Assembly (NCBI GenBank): GCA_033809515.1
Contig: JAPXLN010000007.1
Span: 9,348 to 73,347, forward strand
DNA length: 64,000 nucleotides
Reading direction: 5' to 3'
Source of the DNA: Bacillota bacterium
GTDB taxonomy: Bacteria > Bacillota > Sulfobacillia > Fermentithermobacillales > Fermentithermobacillaceae
Shown here: in pieces, positions 57,772 to 64,000 of the stretch
How positions within the stretch are numbered: the stretch's first letter is position 1
How the letters are laid out: the number at the start of each line of letters is the position of its first letter
Notes under the pieces: model-generated
Told to the model about the DNA's origin: nothing
What the model saw: only the letters and a program-made list of their open reading frames with translations
Database searches by the model: none
Position numbers and translations under genes: made by a program

Positions 57772-59502
57772 ATGAACAGGGAGATCCTTGTTAATGCCAC
57801 CAAGGATGAAACGAGAGTAGCTGTTGTGGAAGACGGTTCTGTAGTGGAGTTCTACACCGAGCGTCCCAGCAGCCAGAAGATTGCCGGCAGCATTTTCCTG
57901 GGGAAGGTTGTGAACGTCCTTCCAGGAATGCAGGCGGCTTTCATTGACGTGGGAGAGGAAAAGAACGCCTTTCTTTACGTTGATGATGCTCTTGCTCCTC
58001 CCAACCTTGAAGAGACAGAAAGCCTTTTGGTACCTAGAAAGAAAAGAAAGAAAGCAATAGCGGAACTGGTCAGGCCAGGGCAGGAGATCCTCGTTCAGGT
58101 CGTCAAAGAAGCGATTGGCACAAAAGGCGCCAGGGTCACAAGGCACGTGACTCTTCCCGGCAGGTACCTTGTATTGATGCCTACGGTAGATTATGTGGGC
58201 GTTTCAAGGCGTATTATCGCGGGTGAAGAGAGGCTTCGTCTGCGGAAGATAGCTCGATCAATCAAACCGGATAACGTAGGGCTTATCATACGGACGGTGG
58301 CAGAGCACAAGTCAGAGGACGAGATAAGAAACGACCTGGAGTTCCTGCTAAAGATCTGGAGCAATGTTCAGAAGAAGGCAGCGTCAGCAAAAGCTCCGGC
58401 GGCAGTTCACCGGGATCTGGGCCTGGTGTTCCGGGTGGTAAGGGACGAGCTGAACCAGGACACGTCCCGGATGATTGTTGACGATGTCTCCACCTACGGC
58501 AAGATCCTGGATCTTCTGGACGCCGTATCGCCGGAGATGAAAGACAGGGTTATATATTACCGTGATAAGGAGACCCCGCTGTTCGATATGTATGGGGTTG
58601 AGGTCGCCATTGACAAAGCTCTGCAGCGACAGGTGTGGCTTCGTTCGGGAGGTTACCTTGTTATTGATAGGACAGAGGCACTCACTGCTATCGATATCAA
58701 CACCGGAAGGTATGTGGGAGGAAAGAACCTCGCTGAGACGGTATTCAAGACAAACATGGAAGCTTGCGAGGAGATTGCCAGGCAGCTCCGGCTTCGCGAC
58801 CTGGGTGGCATAATAGTCGTAGATTTCATTGACATGGAAAACCCCGACCATCGCGCAAAGCTTGTACAAGAACTTGAGGATAGGTTGCGCAATGACCACA
58901 CGAAAACTGTAGTTATTGGCCTTACGGGGCTGGGATTGATTGAGCTGACGAGGAAGAAAGTCCGTCAGAGTATAGGCGATGTCATGACCCGGCCGTGTCC
59001 CTATTGTGGTGGAAGGGGAAATGTGCTGTCTGAGGAGAGCATGGCCGGGAAGGTAAGGCGTGAGATTAGGCGCATCCTGAGGAACTCCCAAAGCGAAGCT
59101 ATTCTTGTAGAGGTCCATCCGGGTGTTGCTTCATACCTGATAGGGCCCGGCGGAGTCAACCTGCGAGTATTAGAGAAAGAGACGGGCAAGAGCGTCTTCG
59201 TAAAGGGTTCCGAAGCTTTGCACCATGAAAGCATGAACGTGAAAGCTGTCGGAACCAAAGAGGACATTGCTATGAAGGCCCTTCCTGTTCAGCCAGGCGA
59301 CCATATTGAGGTTACCGTCGATGAAGCTCACACACAGTATCCCAAGGACGGAATAGCGCGGATTGAAGGATACGTCATTAACATTGAAGACGGGGGCTCA
59401 TTTGTAGGGCAGCGGGTTCTCGTTCAGATCACATCCTGTTTTCGGACCTACTCCAAAGCTAAGGTGATCCGGAGCGATCCGGAGAACCTGGGTGTTTCTT
59501 GA
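57772..59502 (+). CDS. Ribonuclease E/G family with a C-terminal TRAM domain (frame open upstream to 57583)
   Basis: S1 domain GMQAAFIDVG, TAIDINTG, LRDLGGIIVVDFIDM, CPYC and a TRAM-like end. Confidence 0.95.
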   Translation: MNREILVNATKDETRVAVVEDGSVVEFYTERPSSQKIAGSIFLGKVVNVLPGMQAAFIDVGEEKNAFLYVDDALAPPNLEETESLLVPRKKRKKAIAELVRPGQEILVQVVKEAIGTKGARVTRHVTLPGRYLVLMPTVDYVGVSRRIIAGEERLRLRKIARSIKPDNVGLIIRTVAEHKSEDEIRNDLEFLLKIWSNVQKKAASAKAPAAVHRDLGLVFRVVRDELNQDTSRMIVDDVSTYGKILDLLDAVSPEMKDRVIYYRDKETPLFDMYGVEVAIDKALQRQVWLRSGGYLVIDRTEALTAIDINTGRYVGGKNLAETVFKTNMEACEEIARQLRLRDLGGIIVVDFIDMENPDHRAKLVQELEDRLRNDHTKTVVIGLTGLGLIELTRKKVRQSIGDVMTRPCPYCGGRGNVLSEESMAGKVRREIRRILRNSQSEAILVEVHPGVASYLIGPGGVNLRVLEKETGKSVFVKGSEALHHESMNVKAVGTKEDIAMKALPVQPGDHIEVTVDEAHTQYPKDGIARIEGYVINIEDGGSFVGQRVLVQITSCFRTYSKAKVIRSDPENLGVS

Positions 59503-59528
59503 CATGTTTTCGGCAGCCGTGCTAGACT
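59499..59528 (+). promoter_or_regulatory. Sigma-A promoter of rplU-prp-rpmA
   Basis: TTGACA-18-TAGACT with an extended -10 TG. Confidence 0.6.
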
Positions 59529-59570
59529 GTAGCGGTATGTGCAGCAGCAAAGAAAGTGGGGGTTTCCGAG

Positions 59571-59906
59571 TTGTACGCAATAATCGAAACAGGCGGTAAG
59601 CAGTACAGGGTAGCCCCTGGACAGACTATCAGGATAGAGAAGATCCATGGAGAGCGTGGGGACAGCTGCGTGTTCTCCAAGGTCCTGGCGGTCTGTGACG
59701 ACGATCTCACACAGGTGGGAAACCCTTACGTCGAGGGATTCAAAGTCAAAGGGACTATTGCTCGCCAGGGGAAGGCCCGAAAAATCCTGGTGTTTAAGTA
59801 CAGGTCAAAAACCAATTACAGGCGTCGTTACGGCCACAGGCAGCATTTCACTGAGATTAGCATTGACTCCATAGAGAAAGATGCTGAAGGCCAGGTTACT
59901 GCGTAA
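59571..59906 (+). CDS. rplU: 50S ribosomal protein L21
   Basis: YAIIETGGKQYRV...GHRQHFTEISI. Confidence 0.97.
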   Translation: MYAIIETGGKQYRVAPGQTIRIEKIHGERGDSCVFSKVLAVCDDDLTQVGNPYVEGFKVKGTIARQGKARKILVFKYRSKTNYRRRYGHRQHFTEISIDSIEKDAEGQVTA

Positions 59907-60243
59907 CTGTATTGCCGCGCCCTCTGATGGGCCGGAGAAGGCTTGCAAGGAGCTTCTGGTTACAGGTTACGAGATCTGGGGGCACGCAGGGTTTGATGAA
60001 TACGGCAGGGATGTGGTGTGTGCGGGCGTTTCTGCCATCGCCCAAGCTGCTCTTTTGGGGCTGCGTGATTCGCTGGGCGAGAGGGTGACCTTTGAGAAAC
60101 GAAGCGGGTACTTGAGGGTCTGTGTTTCCCGGGAATACGCCGAAAAGCCTGGCCCCAGGGCAGTTTTCAGAGCCCTTGAGTTGGGGCTGGAATCTATTGC
60201 TCAGTCGTACCCGGGGGCGTTGGTGCTAGAGGAGTCCCGATGA
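59881..60243 (+). CDS. prp: Ribosomal-processing cysteine protease Prp (YsxB)
   Basis: GHAG...DVVCAGVSA catalytic His/Cys; located between rplU and rpmA. Confidence 0.92.
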   Translation: MLKARLLRNCIAAPSDGPEKACKELLVTGYEIWGHAGFDEYGRDVVCAGVSAIAQAALLGLRDSLGERVTFEKRSGYLRVCVSREYAEKPGPRAVFRALELGLESIAQSYPGALVLEESR

Positions 60244-60304
60244 TTCTATAGGTGCAAGGTGGCTCCAACCGGAGTTCCTGTCACCAGGGAAGGAGGGGAG
60301 CGGT

Positions 60305-60625
60305 ATGATGCTCATGGATTTGCAGCTTTTCGCACAAAAAAAGGGTATGGGAAGCTCAAGAAACGGTCGTGACTCCCGCTCCAAGAGACTTGGAGTAAAG
60401 AGCCACGACGGGCAGTTTGTGACTGCAGGGAGTATAATTGTTCGCCAGCGCGGCACCAAGGTCCACCCTGGTGAGAACGTTGGACTGGGGCGGGACCATA
60501 CGGTATTCTCTAAAGTCGATGGTTTCGTATCTTTTGAGCGCAGAGGGAAAAGCGGCAAGGTAGTCTCGGTTGTGGCAGATATGCCCGAGCTCGTTGCCGG
60601 TGCAGCTGCCGGCGACGAAGACTGA
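60305..60625 (+). CDS. rpmA: 50S ribosomal protein L27 with a Prp-cleaved N-terminal extension
   Basis: MDLQLFA|[14 protein letters not shown]...RQRGT. Confidence 0.98.
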   Translation: MMLMDLQLFAQKKGMGSSRNGRDSRSKRLGVKSHDGQFVTAGSIIVRQRGTKVHPGENVGLGRDHTVFSKVDGFVSFERRGKSGKVVSVVADMPELVAGAAAGDED

Positions 60626-60724
60626 CCCTGTTAGTTTGGGGATGTTTTCCGGCGAAGCAGCGGTTGGGTTTGTTGAGGAGGTGCCGGAAAAGGTGCCTCA
60701 GCAGATAAGCAGGGAAGGATAATG

Positions 60725-60749
60725 GCGGCGGAGAGATCCGCCGCTTTCT
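60725..60749 (+). terminator. Intrinsic terminator after rpmA
   Basis: GCGGCGGA-GAGA-TCCGCCGC-TTTCT. Confidence 0.7.
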
Positions 60750-60807
60750 GTGCTAGCGGCAGCTCCAAGCGAGTCCTGCAACATCATAGGCGATAGATGG
60801 GAGGGGC

Positions 60808-61830
60808 GTGAAGGCTATGAGCGCCCGGTTTATTGACAGGGTCAGAATCAGGGTAAAAGCAGGGGACGGGGGTCGGGGGTGCGTTGCATTTCGCCGGGAA
60901 AAGTTCGTGCCCAAAGGCGGACCAAGCGGTGGAGACGGAGGCCGTGGAGGAAGTGTGATCTTCCGGGTAGACACCGGCACCACCACTCTTTACGACTTCA
61001 GATACCGGCCTCATCTGAAAGCTCAGAACGGGCGTCCCGGCATGGGGGATAAGAGGGCGGGAAGAGCAGGCCAGGATCTGGTGGTCAAGGTTCCTCCAGG
61101 CACAGTAGTGCGCCATGCCGAAACAGGTGAGATAATGGCTGACCTTACATTTGACATGCCTGAAGCTGTTGTAGCTCAGGGCGGACAAGGCGGCCGCGGA
61201 AACGCTCGTTTTGCGTCCTCGACCAACAGAGCCCCTAGAAGATATGAAGAAGGCACACCAGGAGAAGAGTTTGTGCTGGAGCTTGAGCTCAAGTCCATTG
61301 CTGACGTAGGGCTGGTGGGATTCCCCAACGCCGGCAAGTCTACTCTCTTGCGGGCGGTTTCAAATGCAGAACCAGAAGTGGCACCCTATCCTTTCACAAC
61401 TCTTACGCCCCACCTTGGGGTGGTTGATATTGGCGAGACCCGGTTTGTGGTAGCAGATATTCCCGGCTTGATTGAAGGGGCCAGCGAGGGAAAAGGTCTG
61501 GGGCATGAATTCTTAAGACACATCGAGCGGACGTCAATTCTATTATATGTAGTAGATGCCCAGGGCTTTGATGGAGATCCCGCGGAGGACTTCGCGGCGC
61601 TCCGAAGGGAAGTGTTTGCTTACAGTCAGGGGATGAAACAGAAGCGAAGCCTTTTGGCGCTGAACAAGATCGATCTTCTTGAGCAGGAAGACATAGACTG
61701 TATAGCCCACGCTCTGGCCGAGGTTGCCGGAATTCCGGTCTATCCCATATCGGCCCGGAAGAGCGCAGGCATCTCTGAACTCCTGGAAGGAGTTCTGGGC
61801 GTTCTGACGGAAGCTCAGCCATCAAGGTGA
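60808..61830 (+). CDS. obgE: GTPase Obg (short form)
   Basis: GGDGGRGG Obg fold, GFPNAGKST, YPFTT, DIPG and NKID. Confidence 0.97.
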   Translation: MKAMSARFIDRVRIRVKAGDGGRGCVAFRREKFVPKGGPSGGDGGRGGSVIFRVDTGTTTLYDFRYRPHLKAQNGRPGMGDKRAGRAGQDLVVKVPPGTVVRHAETGEIMADLTFDMPEAVVAQGGQGGRGNARFASSTNRAPRRYEEGTPGEEFVLELELKSIADVGLVGFPNAGKSTLLRAVSNAEPEVAPYPFTTLTPHLGVVDIGETRFVVADIPGLIEGASEGKGLGHEFLRHIERTSILLYVVDAQGFDGDPAEDFAALRREVFAYSQGMKQKRSLLALNKIDLLEQEDIDCIAHALAEVAGIPVYPISARKSAGISELLEGVLGVLTEAQPSR

Positions 61831-61862
61831 TGAACGGTAAGGTGATGTACTACGGGGAAAAA

Positions 61863-61891
61863 GAAGGATTTCCGGAATTTGTAGAGAATGA
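61863..61891 (+). promoter_or_regulatory. Sigma-H-type promoter upstream of nadD
   Basis: GAAGGATTT-11-AGAGAATGA. Confidence 0.5.
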
Positions 61892-61945
61892 CGAATAGTG
61901 TTCAGTTTGGTTTGAGGTTGAAGTGTCGCTTGCGGTTCTCGTATC

Positions 61946-62623
61946 TTGGAGGCATTTTTGGTGACTGCCATTGGAATCATGGGCGGTACCTTTGATCCTG
62001 TTCATTTTGGGCATCTCAGGGCTGCTGAAGAAGTGCGACAGGGATTTGGACTTGAGAGGGTTATCTTCGTCCCCTCGGGTAGACCTCCCCATAAGCCCGC
62101 CGAAGAATTGACTTCTCCGGATCATCGCTATTTGATGACTCTTCTGGCAACCGCCGACCACCCCTATTTTGAGGTCTCTCGTCTTGAGATAGACAGGGAG
62201 GGACCATCATATACCCGGGATTCCCTCAGGGAATTCAGAAGAACACTGGGAAGCTCCGCATCGCTGTACTTCATAACAGGTCTTGATGCCATACTTTCAA
62301 TTCACTCCTGGAATGGCTATGAGGACCTTTTTGAGCTTGCCGACTTCATCGCTGTCAGCCGCCCGGGCTACAATGTGCGGGCTCTTCAGGCTATGCAAAG
62401 GACCCTGGGCGAGAAGTGCTTTTCTAAGATACACCAGTTTCCTGTGACTCTTATGGCCATTTCCTCACGGGATATCAGGCGCAGGGTACAGGAGGGTCGG
62501 TCTATTCGGTATCTAGTACCTGAGACTGTAATGAGATACATCGAAAAAGAGCGGCTTTACCTGCCTCGCTACGGTGAGGTGAAGAGGGTTCCCGGCAAGG
62601 GGCTGGGGGACCGTCTGAAATAG
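61946..62623 (+). CDS. nadD: Nicotinate-nucleotide adenylyltransferase
   Basis: GGTFDPVHFGH, PPHK, SYT and ISSRDIR. Confidence 0.96.
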   Translation: MEAFLVTAIGIMGGTFDPVHFGHLRAAEEVRQGFGLERVIFVPSGRPPHKPAEELTSPDHRYLMTLLATADHPYFEVSRLEIDREGPSYTRDSLREFRRTLGSSASLYFITGLDAILSIHSWNGYEDLFELADFIAVSRPGYNVRALQAMQRTLGEKCFSKIHQFPVTLMAISSRDIRRRVQEGRSIRYLVPETVMRYIEKERLYLPRYGEVKRVPGKGLGDRLK

Positions 62624-62729
62624 GGCGGTTACGGATCAGGCCGGCGCACAGGGTTCGCACGGCTTAGGGTAAGCAATTTTGAGCTACTTGCTAGACCGGG
62701 GGATAACGTGGCGAAGGGAGGTGGGCTGA

Positions 62730-62984
62730 GTGAAAACCTTGTATGTGGGAAATCTTCCGTGGAACACTACGGATGAGGAACTGTCGGAGGCCTTTAGCCA
62801 GTTTGTAACAGTCCGTGGTTGCCGGATTATTACTGACCGGGCAACCGGAAGGTCTCGGGGATTTGGATTTGTGGAAGTGGATGAAGCTGATGTAGAGAAG
62901 GCCATTGAGGCAGCTAACGGTCTTATGATTGGCGGCCGCCAGATAATAGTCAACGAAGCTCGTCCAAGGCAGCCGAAGTACTAA
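62730..62984 (+). CDS. RRM (RNP-1) RNA-binding protein
   Basis: RNP2 LYVGNL, RNP1 RGFGFVEV and a VNEARP end. Confidence 0.95.
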   Translation: MKTLYVGNLPWNTTDEELSEAFSQFVTVRGCRIITDRATGRSRGFGFVEVDEADVEKAIEAANGLMIGGRQIIVNEARPRQPKY

Positions 62985-63119
62985 GAACAGATTGTCATTT
63001 CATAATGGAGTTGCCTCCTTATCTCTTGTTTCATAATGATCTACGAGGGATCGGGAGGCACTTTGTTTGTTACGGACATGCCCTGGAACTCCTAGGAGGA
63101 AGAGACCGTCTAACTGACA

Positions 63120-63773
63120 GTGGACGGACATGCTCAGTTCTTAGATGATTTAGGGAGGTATTGCATCCGGGTGGGCGAGAAACTGCTGAATGTAGCCAGA
63201 GACTATGCCGGCAGGAGGTTGTCTCCGGATCGGTTTCAGCACAGTCTCGGAACGGAAAAGTGTGCCGTTGATCTTGCGGCTCGCTTTGGCGCTGACCCTG
63301 AAAAAGCAGCACTTGCAGGTATACTTCATGATATTGCCAGGGAGATTCCGGATGCTGAGCTTGTGCGCTTAGCCGCTAAGCACTGTATAATACTAAGACA
63401 AGAAGACAAAAAGAACCCAATTCTCCTGCATGGTCGGTTGGCCGCTGCTTTGGTCCGGCAGGAGCTCGGGATTACGGATCCGTGTGTTCTCGATGCCATT
63501 GCTTATCACATAAGCGGGCGAAGAGGTTGGACAAAGATTGAGCAGGTACTGTATCTGGCAGACAAGATCGAGCCTACCAGGGATTACCCCGGGGTGGAGT
63601 CTCTGAGAAAGCTGGTTGCCGCAGGCGATTTTGACCGTGCCCTATATATGAGTCTTAGAAATGGCCTTGAGTATGCTCGTGAGCAATCGCGGGCACTGGA
63701 TCCGGATATGGTGGTGGTGTTCAATGAAGTCTCGCAGGTCCTCGAGAAGGCAAAGCGAACACGAAATCGATGA
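63120..63773 (+). CDS. yqeK: YqeK-family HD hydrolase (Ap4A hydrolase)
   Basis: RFQHSLG, GILHDIA, LLHG, AYH and LADKIE. Confidence 0.9.
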   Translation: MDGHAQFLDDLGRYCIRVGEKLLNVARDYAGRRLSPDRFQHSLGTEKCAVDLAARFGADPEKAALAGILHDIAREIPDAELVRLAAKHCIILRQEDKKNPILLHGRLAAALVRQELGITDPCVLDAIAYHISGRRGWTKIEQVLYLADKIEPTRDYPGVESLRKLVAAGDFDRALYMSLRNGLEYAREQSRALDPDMVVVFNEVSQVLEKAKRTRNR

Positions 63774-63798
63774 TACCAGGGTGTTCCGGAAGTCGGAT

Positions 63799-64000
63799 GT
63801 GAGGAAGCCAAGAGCGCGATGGCAGAGGACTCTTGGAGTCGTCCTGGCAGCGTTACTACTTTTCGGTGCCGGGGCACTGGTGGGCTTCCTCAGATCCATT
63901 TCACAACCGCCTCATGGACTGATTCCGGAGGAAATGCTTGAAACATATCAAGGCCGTATCAACATCCTTGTCCTTGGGATTGACGGAGGGGTCAATGGCC
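63799..64000 (+). CDS. LCP (LytR-CpsA-Psr) family protein, 3'-truncated by the window edge
   Basis: MRKPRARWQR, then a TM helix, then RINILVLGID; usual position after yqeK. Confidence 0.8.
   Translation, partial: MRKPRARWQRTLGVVLAALLLFGAGALVGFLRSISQPPHGLIPEEMLETYQGRINILVLGIDGGVNG

Noticed and set aside
60675-60722. Tiny ORF after GAGGAGG between rpmA and obg as a spo0B remnant or peptide gene
   Set aside because: Only 9-13 codons, poor SD spacing and no similarity that can be seen by eye.

Overview
A 64-kb chromosomal segment, apparently from an anaerobic, probably endospore-forming Bacillota (Firmicutes) bacterium. The lineage is inferred from SLH-domain proteins, sigma-H-like promoters, a SpoIVFB-like protease and the rplU-prp-rpmA-obg synteny. 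No integrase, transposase, prophage or CRISPR array was seen. In order the window holds: an AmmeMemoRadiSam radical SAM gene (partial); an ArcE/cDPGS-like P-loop enzyme; a GT2 glycosyltransferase; tRNA-Arg(CCG); a NYN nuclease; a double FMN-binding lipoprotein with a ferredoxin; an M19 dipeptidase; a GH18; an S-layer gene followed by O-antigen-ligase/Wzz/tyrosine kinase/phosphatase genes; a receptor-less che cluster; guaB; hpt-purE-F-M-N-H-D-queT (no purC); and the conserved M23/spoIVFB/radical SAM/rng/rplU/obg/nadD/yqeK/LCP block. The best candidate for an undescribed system has two parts. The first is a 13-kb operon (27108-40040) with TWO copies of a glutamate-mutase-L-like (GlmL/MutL, actin/ASKHA fold) gene, each followed by a paralogous barrel-sandwich-hybrid partner gene. 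One copy has intact ATP-binding loops and the other has degenerate ones; the two pairs flank an HTH-TPR regulator and a MacB-type ABC set, and no glutamate mutase subunit is present. The second is a four-gene membrane operon headed by a DUF6754-like gene (48913-52006). Both operons carry sigma-H-type promoter matches. Two features missing or truncated in the ORF track were also found: a start-less M20 amidohydrolase C-terminal remnant (26706-27050) and a NusG-domain-II gene that appears to start at ACG (48592). All family assignments come from motif recognition by eye; no database searches were run.
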